From an uncultured Christensenellaceae bacterium (GTDB taxonomy: Bacteria; Bacillota; Clostridia; Christensenellales; UBA3700): a stretch of 64,000 nucleotides of DNA. Both the position numbers and the translations under genes were made by a program. The stretch spans positions 12,901 through 76,900 of the forward strand of contig CALWHB010000003.1 of the NCBI GenBank assembly GCA_944380275.1. The letters run 5' to 3'. Shown here piece by piece: positions 54,260 to 63,094 of the stretch. Within the stretch, counting starts at the first letter, position 1; each line of letters opens with the position of its first letter. The notes beneath the pieces were generated by a model. The model did not search any database. It was not told the origin of the DNA and worked only from the letters and a program-made list of their open reading frames with translations.

Positions 54260-54793
54260 ATGGGTTTGGGAACGAGGAAAATAGCGGGCGTATCGTTACT
54301 GCTCGCAATGAGTCTTATCGCTTTTATGCTGGAGAGTTTTTTGCCGCCTATGTTTATTCCGGGTGCCAAACTCGGACTTGGCAACGCGTTTTCCATGCTC
54401 GCCCTTATCCTGTATTCCCCTGCCGTCGCTTTTCTTATCGTAATTCTGCGTTGCGTACTGGGCAATCTGATAACCGGTTCTCTTTCTGCAATGATTTTCG
54501 GACTGTGCGCGGGTACGGTAAGTATTAGCGCAGGTATTTTGTTGTGGAAATTTGCTTTTCCTAAAATCAGTATGGTATGCATAAGCGTGTGTTGCGCGGT
54601 AATCCACAATATCGTGCAATGCGTCGTATTCTGCGCCGTTTCTCAGACGTGGGAGGCGGTTGTTTATCTGCCTTATCTCGTTATTCTCGGCGCGATAAGC
54701 GGATTTGCGGTGGGACTCGCCTGCGTGCTTATAGTAAAGCGCATCCCTTCGCGCATGTTCGCAAAGATAGGCGCGAACGTAACTTTGAACTGA
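54260..54793 (+). CDS. Gx transporter family protein (formerly 'heptaprenyl diphosphate synthase component I'-like)
   Basis: Start moved to ATG 54260. LESFLPPMFIPGAKLGLGNAFSMLALILY signature, with about 5 TM segments. Confidence 0.8.
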   Translation: MGLGTRKIAGVSLLLAMSLIAFMLESFLPPMFIPGAKLGLGNAFSMLALILYSPAVAFLIVILRCVLGNLITGSLSAMIFGLCAGTVSISAGILLWKFAFPKISMVCISVCCAVIHNIVQCVVFCAVSQTWEAVVYLPYLVILGAISGFAVGLACVLIVKRIPSRMFAKIGANVTLN

Positions 54794-54848
54794 AACTTTA
54801 ACCGCGAAAGCGGCAGACATTTATGTCAATAAATTTCCGGAGGTAACT

Positions 54849-56150
54849 GTGAAAGCAAGAAACGGCAAGTTTTTCAGTCGCGGCGTGCATTTCCGCGATA
54901 TGAAATTCATCAGTAAAGACTGCCCTATACGCAGACTGGACGCGCCGGAAGTCGTATCTATCGCTTTGCAGCAGCATATCGGCAAACCTGCTATGCCCGT
55001 CGTCGAAAAAGGCGACGCGGTAAAATGCGGACAGCTGATTGCAAAAGCGGACGGCTTTATAAGCGCAAACATTTACAGCAGCGTCGCAGGAACCGTTATT
55101 GCGATAGAAAAGCGCGCCAACCCCAGAGGCGGACTTGACACTCATATCGTAATAAAGCGCGACGACAATGCGGACGACGAATACGTTCCGCTCCCTCCCC
55201 TCGAGGAAAAGACAAAGCAGACTCTGATTGCCAGAATCGCAGAGGCAGGTATTGTAGGTATGGGCGGCGCGGGATTCCCCACGTCTGTAAAACTTTCGCC
55301 CAAAACCCCGGTAGACACTCTTATAATAAACGCCGCGGAGTGCGAGCCTTACCTGACCTGCGACTACCGTCTTATGGTGGAACATACCGACGAACTGGTA
55401 CAGGGATTCAGACTCCTCGCGCAGGCTCTCGGCGTAACTCACATAATCGTGGGCGTCGAAAAAAACAAGCCGGACGCGATAGAGCTTTTTGAAAAGTACG
55501 AAGACCTCGACGTGGTGATTCTGCGAAAGCGTTACCCGATGGGCAGCGAAAAACATCTGATTTATTGCTGCACGGGACGCAGAGTTCCGCCCGGAAAACT
55601 CCCGGCAGACGCAGGCTGCGTCGTTCAGAACATCGCGACTTCTTACGCCGTATACGAGGCGATAGAAAAGAATAAACCGCTGTTTGAACGCGTCGTTACC
55701 GTATCCGGTCAATGTGTGGAAAACCCGGCAAATCTCATAGTCAGATTCGGCACGAGTTTCGATTATATACTCGACAAATGCGGCGGCATAAAAGGCGACA
55801 TAGGCATGATTATCGACGGCGGTCCCATGATGGGCGCGACCATGCTCAGCACAGACTATTACACCCGCAAGACGGACAGCGGACTGTTGCTGCTGCCGGC
55901 AAGCGAAGTTTCGCTCAAGAACCCGACGCCGTGTATAAGCTGCGGCAGCTGCGCAAGAGCTTGTCCTATGCATCTGATGCCTATGGATATAGACTTCTAT
56001 ACCCTTGCCGGAGATTACGCAATGGCGCGCGACCGCGGCGGCGTACTCAACTGCATAGAGTGCGGCACCTGCTCTTACGTCTGCCCCGCAAACCGTGCGC
56101 TCGTCCAGAGCATACAGCTTTGCAAACAAAAACTCAGAGAGATGAAATAG
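54849..56150 (+). CDS. rnfC: Rnf electron transport complex subunit C
   Basis: GTG start after SD GGAGG. GMGGAGFPT NADH-binding motif and two CxxCxxCxxxCP ferredoxin motifs. Confidence 0.95.
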   Translation: MKARNGKFFSRGVHFRDMKFISKDCPIRRLDAPEVVSIALQQHIGKPAMPVVEKGDAVKCGQLIAKADGFISANIYSSVAGTVIAIEKRANPRGGLDTHIVIKRDDNADDEYVPLPPLEEKTKQTLIARIAEAGIVGMGGAGFPTSVKLSPKTPVDTLIINAAECEPYLTCDYRLMVEHTDELVQGFRLLAQALGVTHIIVGVEKNKPDAIELFEKYEDLDVVILRKRYPMGSEKHLIYCCTGRRVPPGKLPADAGCVVQNIATSYAVYEAIEKNKPLFERVVTVSGQCVENPANLIVRFGTSFDYILDKCGGIKGDIGMIIDGGPMMGATMLSTDYYTRKTDSGLLLLPASEVSLKNPTPCISCGSCARACPMHLMPMDIDFYTLAGDYAMARDRGGVLNCIECGTCSYVCPANRALVQSIQLCKQKLREMK

Positions 56151-56165
56151 GAGGGATAAAGGAAA

Positions 56166-57200
56166 ATGGAAAAAGTCATAGTATCCGACAGCCCTCATAT
56201 AAGAGGCAAGCGCACGACGAGAGGAATAATGCTTGACGTCATAATCGCCCTTCTTCCGGCGGCGATTATGGGCTGCGTATTCTTCGGGGTCGACGCGCTC
56301 GTTACGATTATTATCAGCGTTGCGGCAAGCGTTGCGACAGAGTTCGTCTACTGCCTGTGCCTCAAAAAGAAACCGCTGGACATAATCAAATCCTTTGACC
56401 TTACAAGCGTCGTAACGGGTCTTCTGCTTGCTATGTGTCTGCCTTCAAGCGTGCCGTGGTACGTGCCGCTGCTTTCTGCGGTATTTGCGATTGCGGCAGT
56501 CAAAATGCTGTTTGGCGGAACGGGTAAAAACGTCGTCAACCCCGCTATCACGGGCAGAGTTTTCGCGTTTATCGCTTTCCAGTCGGTAATGGTTTCGGGC
56601 TGGGTAGCTCCTTCGCTTTCCGCTCTCGACGGCAGCGTTTCGACGGGCGCGACTCAGCTGACTTCGATGCTGGGCGGCAACGGTTATTCGGTAAGTCTTC
56701 TCGATATGTTCCTCGGCACGGGCATGGCGGGCTGTATAGGCGAAACCTGCAAGCTCGCACTGCTTATCGGCGGAATTTACCTCGTCGCGCGCAAGGTCAT
56801 CAAATGGCAGTTCCCCGTGATTTACATAGTCGTCGAAGGCTTTGTCGCGGTCTGCCTTGCAAAATTCGATTTTGCGGCGTTCATGCCCTCGATACTTTCG
56901 GGAGGTCTGTTCCTCGGCGCGATATTCATGGCGACGGATTACGTTACCAGCCCCAACAGCACGGCAGGCAATTATGTATACTTCGTCGCGCTGGGCGTGC
57001 TTACGGCGGTACTCAGAGCGGCAACCAAAATCGAAGTCGTATCATTTGTGATACTTCTTATGAATCTGCTCGTTCCGCTTATTAACGCTTACATCCGTCC
57101 GCGTCCGTTCGGAGCACCCGGATTTATCGAACGCACCCGTGCGAAGATTGAGGCGAAAAAAGCGGCAAAAGCAACAAAAGAGGAGGGCGGAAAACAATGA
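56166..57200 (+). CDS. rnfD: Rnf complex subunit D
   Basis: Polytopic membrane protein with FMATDYVTSP and SGWVAP...STGATQLT motifs. Confidence 0.95.
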   Translation: MEKVIVSDSPHIRGKRTTRGIMLDVIIALLPAAIMGCVFFGVDALVTIIISVAASVATEFVYCLCLKKKPLDIIKSFDLTSVVTGLLLAMCLPSSVPWYVPLLSAVFAIAAVKMLFGGTGKNVVNPAITGRVFAFIAFQSVMVSGWVAPSLSALDGSVSTGATQLTSMLGGNGYSVSLLDMFLGTGMAGCIGETCKLALLIGGIYLVARKVIKWQFPVIYIVVEGFVAVCLAKFDFAAFMPSILSGGLFLGAIFMATDYVTSPNSTAGNYVYFVALGVLTAVLRAATKIEVVSFVILLMNLLVPLINAYIRPRPFGAPGFIERTRAKIEAKKAAKATKEEGGKQ

Positions 57201-57790
57201 CGGTCAAACAGTTTTTCAAAAGCCAGGCATTTAAATGCATTATCGTTCTTCTCGTAATCGCGCTGATTGCAGGCGGTCTTCTCGCCATCCTCAACGACGT
57301 CCTTTACGTAACCGAAGAAGAACGCACTATGAGAGCGATTGAAAAGGTCTACGGGCAGGAAATGCAGTATGAGGAAAAGCAATTCCCGGAAGAGGCTTAC
57401 TCCAACTCTTACGGCTCGATTTCAAAGGTTTATTTTCTTGAAAACGGCAATTATCTCGTGCAAAGCACGGGCGGCGAAGGCTACAAAGGCGGCACTATAA
57501 CGGTGTGGGTAGTCCTCAACTTTGACGGCACCTCTTTCAAAGGCATTGACAAAGTCGTGCAGGAGAGCTACGAAAAACAGACGCTGATGTCAAAGCTGTC
57601 TTACGACGTCTACTCTGCCCACAACGACGAAGTTACGGGCGAGGTCTATTTCACGACCAAAGACGACGGCATAAAGGTGGTTATCAGCGGCGCGACTTAT
57701 TCTACCAACGCGCTCAACAACGCCGTTGACTGCGCGCTGAAATTTGCTCACGAATATCTTGTAGAAAACGCAACACAGGAGGTGGAATAA
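57197..57790 (+). CDS. rnfG: Rnf complex subunit G (FMN-binding)
   Basis: N-terminal TM helix and the ISGATYST FMN-attachment motif. ATGA overlap with rnfD. Confidence 0.9.
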   Translation: MTVKQFFKSQAFKCIIVLLVIALIAGGLLAILNDVLYVTEEERTMRAIEKVYGQEMQYEEKQFPEEAYSNSYGSISKVYFLENGNYLVQSTGGEGYKGGTITVWVVLNFDGTSFKGIDKVVQESYEKQTLMSKLSYDVYSAHNDEVTGEVYFTTKDDGIKVVISGATYSTNALNNAVDCALKFAHEYLVENATQEVE

Positions 57791-57791
57791 T

Positions 57792-58526
57792 ATGACGGGA
57801 AAAAGATTTAAGACGATAGCATTTGACGGACTTCTCAAAAACAACCCGACTCTCCGCCTCGTACTGGGTACCTGCCCCACGCTGGCACTTTCTACTGCGG
57901 CGTTAAACGGCATAGGCATGGGTCTTGCGGTTACGTTTATTCTGATATGTTCCAACGTGCTTATTTCTCTGCTCAGAAAGACTATACCCAACGCGGTCAG
58001 AATCCCGGCTTTCGTTATCATTATCGCCACTTTCGTTACGATAGTGAGGATGGTGCTGGACAAATTCATACCGTCGCTTTACGACTCTATGGGCGTATAT
58101 CTGCCGCTCATAGTCGTAAACTGTATAATCCTGGGAAGAGCAGAATCCTTTGCAAGCAAAAACACGGTGCTTGACAGCGCGTGCGACGGTCTGTTTACCG
58201 GTCTCGGTTTTACCTGCGCCCTGACGCTTATAGGCGCGGTAAGAGAAATCCTCGGCGCAGGCGCGATATTCGGCGTCCGGCTGTGGGATTTCAAGATTGA
58301 GTTCTTCACCTCTTCCGCAGGCGCGTTCTTCGTATACGGACTTGCAATCGCGATTTTCAACGCGGTTTATTCAAAAGTGGAAAACGTCCGCCGCAGCAAG
58401 ACTTTTGCGCTGCGTATGCTGCCTAAGCCCGACGTTTCCGCACCCGACAACCTCGACCCCGACGCAAGCGGCGAGGCTGAAAAAGCAAATACGACTGCGG
58501 ACGTAACCGCAAAGGAGGTAAAGTGA
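57792..58526 (+). CDS. rnfE: Rnf complex subunit E
   Basis: NNPTLRLVLGTCPTLA...GVYLPLIVVNCIILGRAE. Confidence 0.95.
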   Translation: MTGKRFKTIAFDGLLKNNPTLRLVLGTCPTLALSTAALNGIGMGLAVTFILICSNVLISLLRKTIPNAVRIPAFVIIIATFVTIVRMVLDKFIPSLYDSMGVYLPLIVVNCIILGRAESFASKNTVLDSACDGLFTGLGFTCALTLIGAVREILGAGAIFGVRLWDFKIEFFTSSAGAFFVYGLAIAIFNAVYSKVENVRRSKTFALRMLPKPDVSAPDNLDPDASGEAEKANTTADVTAKEVK

Positions 58527-58527
58527 T

Positions 58528-59133
58528 ATGGGTACTTTCTTCACGATACTGATTATAGCGGTTTTCGTAAACAATTTCGTCGTCGTACAGTTTCTGGGCA
58601 TCTGCCCCTTCCTGGGCGTATCCAAAAAGACAAACAACGCACTGGGCATGGGCATTGCGGTTACGCTCGTAATGACGATAACCTGTCTTATCACCTATCC
58701 TATTTACGAGTATATCCTCACTCCGCTGGGACTGGAATACCTTGAAATAATCGTGTTCATATTCGTCATTGCGGCTCTCGTCCAGATGATTGAACGCGCA
58801 ATCAAGAGATTCTCCCCCTCCCTGTATCAGGCAATGGGTATCTACCTGCCGCTGATTACCACCAACTGCGCCGTACTGGGCGTTGCGGAACTGGTAATCG
58901 ACAAAGCGCAGATGATGAGCCTTCTGGGCATATCTTCAATGAATTTGGGCGTTGCAGTGCTTTACGGTCTGTTTGCAGGCGTAGGTTTTACCGTGTCAAT
59001 CGTCATAATGAGCGGTCTGAGAGAAAAAATCGACCACCTCAAAATGCCCGGTCCTATGAAGGGATTCCCCATCACCATGATGGCGGCGTGCTTTATGGCT
59101 ATGGGCTTTTACGTATTCAATATGATAGGCTGA
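58528..59133 (+). CDS. rnfA: Rnf complex subunit A
   Basis: NNFVVVQFLGICPFLGVS...GIYLPLITTNCAVLG. Confidence 0.95.
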   Translation: MGTFFTILIIAVFVNNFVVVQFLGICPFLGVSKKTNNALGMGIAVTLVMTITCLITYPIYEYILTPLGLEYLEIIVFIFVIAALVQMIERAIKRFSPSLYQAMGIYLPLITTNCAVLGVAELVIDKAQMMSLLGISSMNLGVAVLYGLFAGVGFTVSIVIMSGLREKIDHLKMPGPMKGFPITMMAACFMAMGFYVFNMIG

Positions 59134-59149
59134 GGAGGACTGACAAGAT

Positions 59150-59968
59150 ATGTTAAACGTTTTGATAAGTGCGGCGATACAATGGAATAAGGTAGGCATG
59201 GTCCTGGGCATTATAGCAGGACTTGCCGTGATATTCGCCGTACTCATACTTATAGTTACAAAGGTCTGCCATATAGAGGAAGACGAAAAGGTCGTCAAGA
59301 TACTCGAACACCTCGCAGGCGCAAACTGCGGCGGCTGCGGACACAGCGGCTGCGAAGGCTTTGCAAAGTGCCTCGCGTGCGGCAAAGCGTCGCTCGGCGA
59401 CTGCAAGGTTACTTCTGACGAAGAAAAGAAGATTATCGCAGAAATTGCCGGCTTAGAGTTTTCTTCAAGCGAACCCACCGTCGCAGTCGTCAAATGCAAC
59501 GGCGGAATCAATTGTACGGACAAATACGAGTATATCGGCAACGAAGGCTGCCCCAGCAAGAAAATGTATCTGGGCGGCTGCAAAATGTGTCCTCACGGCT
59601 GTCTGGGCGGCGGTACCTGCGCAGAAGTTTGTCCCGTGGGTGCAATAAAAGTAAAAGACGGCGTTGCCTTCGTGGACAAGACATTGTGTACTTCTTGCGG
59701 CGCATGCATGAATAAATGCCCTCAGCTGATAATTGAGCGCATCCCTGCGTCCGCTAAAGTATATTGCGCCTGCTCCACCACCTGTAAAGGCAAAGAAACC
59801 ATGTCTGTATGCAAAGTGGGTTGCATAGGCTGCGGACTTTGCGCAAGAACCTGCCCCAACGGAGCGATTACAATGGTAAACAACCTGCCTGTATTCGATT
59901 ATTCAAAATGTACGGGCTGTATGGAGTGTCTTAAAAAATGCCCCAGAAAAATTATCAAAGAACATTGA
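59150..59968 (+). CDS. rnfB: Rnf complex subunit B (polyferredoxin)
   Basis: N-terminal TM helix, the CGGCGHSGCEGFA cluster motif and several CxxCxxCxxxCP motifs. Confidence 0.95.
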   Translation: MLNVLISAAIQWNKVGMVLGIIAGLAVIFAVLILIVTKVCHIEEDEKVVKILEHLAGANCGGCGHSGCEGFAKCLACGKASLGDCKVTSDEEKKIIAEIAGLEFSSSEPTVAVVKCNGGINCTDKYEYIGNEGCPSKKMYLGGCKMCPHGCLGGGTCAEVCPVGAIKVKDGVAFVDKTLCTSCGACMNKCPQLIIERIPASAKVYCACSTTCKGKETMSVCKVGCIGCGLCARTCPNGAITMVNNLPVFDYSKCTGCMECLKKCPRKIIKEH

Positions 59969-59979
59969 TATAAGACAAC

Positions 59980-60014
59980 AAAAAAGCGGTTCCCTCAACG
60001 GAGCCGCTTTTTTC
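59980..60014. terminator. Rho-independent terminator (bidirectional position)
   Basis: AAAAAGCGGTTCC-ctcaac-GGAGCCGCTTTTTT between rnfB (+) and the minus-strand cluster. Confidence 0.75.
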
Positions 60015-60020
60015 TATATT

Positions 60021-60263
60021 TTACCTACCTCTTCTAATGTTTTGAATTTCGTCGACTATAGCTGAAAACATCAGCTTGCAAAACTCACATCTGTAATATC
60101 TGTAACAATTTTCAGATTGCACTTTTTCACCGCTTACACGCTGATTGAACGCTTCAATCTCTTCTAAAAACTTGTCTAAATCAGGCACCTTGCCCTTAAA
60201 ACGCTTGCGCGTATTGTATACCGTTCTTCTCATATTGTATCCTTCTGTCATTTTCTCAATCAA
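60021..60263 (-). CDS. Small basic hypothetical protein (80 aa) with C-x6-C-x2-C
   Basis: Overlaps the upstream gene's end by 8 nt. No family recognised, so coding status is uncertain. Confidence 0.45.
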   Translation of the reverse strand: MIEKMTEGYNMRRTVYNTRKRFKGKVPDLDKFLEEIEAFNQRVSGEKVQSENCYRYYRCEFCKLMFSAIVDEIQNIRRGR

Positions 60264-61311
60264 CGTCGTTTCGTTTAAGGCGGGAACAAACGACCAACTT
60301 ATAAACCGTATTCAAAACCAGAACGCAAAGCAGAATTATCAAAGCTGCAAGCGCGTTGCCGATTTCTACCAAAAGCCACGGAGTAAGCGTTATCGCCGTA
60401 AGCACTATGGCTTTTATAAGATATTTTACAACTATCATCAAATTCACCCTTACTTTACCTATAACGATATAAATAAACGGAGCAATCAACACCACAATAC
60501 CAGCTATTGAGTAAAGAGGAGCAATTACCTGTAATCTGGCAACATCTCCGGCATAAGCGGTGTACAACGGTATCGACAATAATATCCCGAACCATTGAAT
60601 CAGCGAAACTATAAAACTCGAAGTTACGCTGACGTCCGCGCCTCTGTAGGTGAAATAGGTATATAATTCCATACAGATTTCGACGACTATCACCGCCGAC
60701 AGCGCGGCATATACGAACTCATACAGCAGCAATGCCTTTATGTTCTCAAGCGAATATTGACCGAAACCCGTAAGAGCCGCAGTAAATACGATTATCGACG
60801 CAAAGACAAACAGCAGCTTAAAATAAGTCCTTCTGTAAGATATTTTGCGGTACTTTTTCACTTCTGTTCCGTAACTTGAAAAAACCAAGACGGCAAAAAT
60901 CAGACAAGCAAAAGCAACTACTGAATATATTCCTATTCCTATCCATTTACCGTCAATTCCGCTCTGTGAAAGGATATTCTTATCGCTGAATATTAAATAA
61001 CACATAAGCGATAAAAGATAGCCTACCGCCACACATAAAGACAGCACTTTGCCTTTGATTACGTTTTTCGCAAAATCAGGTGCAATTTCTCTATTCTCTG
61101 CTGCCCCTCCCGGATTTCCGTTTACCAGCTCGTCCACGGTAACATCCAGACAGTCGGCTATCGCAGACAAAGTATCAAGGTCAGGTTCGCTTATACCCCT
61201 TTCCCACTTGCTGACGGTTTTGTTTGAAACGTACAACTTGTCGGCAAGTTCTCTTTGGGACATCTTTTGGGTAATCCTCAAATAATAAAGGTTATTTGCG
61301 AATCTGTTCAT
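60256..61311 (-). CDS. Membrane-bound XRE-family (Cro/C1 HTH) one-component regulator, BcrR-like layout, about 8 TM helices
   Basis: Start moved from TTG 61326 to ATG 61311 (SD AGAGGG; 1 nt after the upstream TGA). YYLRITQKMSQRELADKLYVSNKTVSKWERGISEPDLDTLSAIADCLDVTVDELV is followed by a polytopic membrane domain. Confidence 0.8.
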   Translation of the reverse strand: MNRFANNLYYLRITQKMSQRELADKLYVSNKTVSKWERGISEPDLDTLSAIADCLDVTVDELVNGNPGGAAENREIAPDFAKNVIKGKVLSLCVAVGYLLSLMCYLIFSDKNILSQSGIDGKWIGIGIYSVVAFACLIFAVLVFSSYGTEVKKYRKISYRRTYFKLLFVFASIIVFTAALTGFGQYSLENIKALLLYEFVYAALSAVIVVEICMELYTYFTYRGADVSVTSSFIVSLIQWFGILLSIPLYTAYAGDVARLQVIAPLYSIAGIVVLIAPFIYIVIGKVRVNLMIVVKYLIKAIVLTAITLTPWLLVEIGNALAALIILLCVLVLNTVYKLVVCSRLKRNDVD

Positions 61312-61312
61312 C

Positions 61313-62539
61313 TCAACCCTCTTCAAATATTATCACGCCGTTCATACCGCCGCTTTGAGGCAGACTGCTTGTATATGCGAAATTCCCGAAGTAATCGTCA
61401 GTATGACTGTCTGCGGTATTTCCGTACATGAGCAGATAATATTTGTTTGTAAAATTCGCTCCCCAAGTACCGGATGCGACAACGGTATCTTCGTTATTCT
61501 CTTCAAAATTAGGATACCACAACATACCGGTTATCGAAATATCGTGCAATCCTATATAATATCCTGCCGATACGTTGTTATAGGTTCTGTACGTATGTAC
61601 GAACAAAGCAGAATAAGTTTTTCCATACGTCGCACTCAGCGGAGTCACTGAATATAAGGATTGAATCTGCTCTGTTTCGCCGTCGCCATCGCTGTCATAA
61701 TTTACAGGCGTACCACCGGAAATACTAATACCGTCAATAGAATTTGCCGTGCTCGGAGTATAATTAATGACTGAAGAAACGCCCGGCAAAAGTTCGTTGC
61801 CCGCGCTTGTACCCATATCGTGCGTAAGTGTTCCTACTGAAGGACTAATGTTATTATTGTAGCTGCGCGTTTTGACCTCAAGGCATCCGTTTGTAAGAGC
61901 ATTAAAATCAACAGAGAAACCTTCTACCTTATACTCGTTACTTACAGGCATTACGTAAACCTCGACGAATATATTGAAATAATTTACGCCGCTGTAAATG
62001 GTCTGATAATAATCAACGTAAGTGTAAATACCAGAAACAGCTATATAACTGCTTTGATTGTTAGCATAAATATAAAAAGTGGTACTGAGGAACATAGAGC
62101 CGTTCTGCCCCGCACCGGTCGACCTTGTCTGCGGTATTCTATCTGAATCGTCAAGCACTGAAAGATAATTGATATTATCTTTTTCAACGGTATTTTCGTC
62201 TGCCGAAATCGCCACGAGAGGGGTCTCCTTTATCTCGCCGTCGGCAACGCTGTATTTCATACCTATCATACCGTCTTCATCCGACGTTACGAGAAGTATT
62301 CCGCCTTCAAGAACATATTCTGTAAATTCTTCGCTATAAAGTTCAAACTGTTCGTCGGTGGCGACAAGCGACGGATGTGCGGAAAGATTTTCAAGCATTT
62401 CTTCTTCAAAATATTCTGCCTGATAATTTTCTTGTGCAAAGACTTTTACGCCTGCAATTGAAATTATTGCCACGAAAAGCAAAACTGCTACCATAACCAA
62501 TACTTTGGTTTTGAAAAGACTTCTCGATTGAGTATACAT
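61313..62539 (-). CDS. Secreted or membrane-anchored protein of unknown function (408 aa)
   Basis: N-terminal signal/anchor is VLVMVAVLLFVAIISIAGVKVFAQ. The mature part is rich in Tyr, Asn, Ser and Gly. SD AGGAGGAA. Confidence 0.7.
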   Translation of the reverse strand: MYTQSRSLFKTKVLVMVAVLLFVAIISIAGVKVFAQENYQAEYFEEEMLENLSAHPSLVATDEQFELYSEEFTEYVLEGGILLVTSDEDGMIGMKYSVADGEIKETPLVAISADENTVEKDNINYLSVLDDSDRIPQTRSTGAGQNGSMFLSTTFYIYANNQSSYIAVSGIYTYVDYYQTIYSGVNYFNIFVEVYVMPVSNEYKVEGFSVDFNALTNGCLEVKTRSYNNNISPSVGTLTHDMGTSAGNELLPGVSSVINYTPSTANSIDGISISGGTPVNYDSDGDGETEQIQSLYSVTPLSATYGKTYSALFVHTYRTYNNVSAGYYIGLHDISITGMLWYPNFEENNEDTVVASGTWGANFTNKYYLLMYGNTADSHTDDYFGNFAYTSSLPQSGGMNGVIIFEEG

Positions 62540-62629
62540 AACACTATTCCTCCTGCGTATAGTTTCATTTTACCACGATTTACGTTCTCAGGGGAATATT
62601 ATATGTCTACCAAACGGAGAATTTGAGTA

Positions 62630-62659
62630 ATTATAGTTGTTTTTAGCAAAAAAAGTCGA
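62630..62659 (-). promoter_or_regulatory. Candidate promoter of the 408-aa / XRE-membrane / small-protein operon
   Basis: Minus strand reads TCGACT-18 nt-TATAAT, about 90 nt upstream of ATG 62539. Confidence 0.4.
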
Positions 62660-62714
62660 ATTTTAAATTATAAATGCACGCATACGGGCGCAAAGCAAAC
62701 AAAATTGACTCAAT

Positions 62715-62948
62715 TCATTTTGACGCCCCGTCCTGCGATATGACCGTAAAAATCAAATCGCACAACTCTCTTCTGAGCAATGTGTATTCTCCTGCGTCGC
62801 CAGCCTTGAGCCTTGCGTCAGCTGCATGCTGGAGCGTTGCTATACGCGACAAAATGCCGCTGTCTTCTTTACCGCTTATCCTGCGGCTTTTGTGCTTTTC
62901 TCTTTTGTTGTTTCTGCGCAAAACTTTGCTTACGTCTATAATTTCCAT
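62715..62948 (-). CDS. Small basic hypothetical protein (77 aa)
   Basis: Start moved to ATG 62948 (SD GGGAGG). MEIIDVSKVLRRNNKREKHKSRRISGKED... No family recognised. Confidence 0.45.
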   Translation of the reverse strand: MEIIDVSKVLRRNNKREKHKSRRISGKEDSGILSRIATLQHAADARLKAGDAGEYTLLRRELCDLIFTVISQDGASK

Positions 62949-63094
62949 AAAAACCTCCCAATCACACAAACCGCATTATATAATTGTTAAAACTAAAACG
63001 TAAAGCGATTTTTTACCGCAATTTTTTTTGCGTGTAAAAAAGTTATATTTCGACACTTTTCGCACTTTCTGAAACAAAAAAACGTAAAATTTTG

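Noticed and set aside
54798-56198. A 466-aa ORF antisense to rnfC. Similar long antisense ORFs lie at 40904..42499 (opposite GH20), 37881..39044, 31752..32891, 21023..22168, 26373..27992 and 9440..10285.
   Set aside because: Each lies entirely opposite a gene with strong family motifs. Their translations are low-complexity or Arg/Ser/Cys-rich, with no SD and no recognisable domain. They are best explained as shadow ORFs. The sense genes rarely use TTA, CTA or TCA codons, so one antisense frame stays free of stops.
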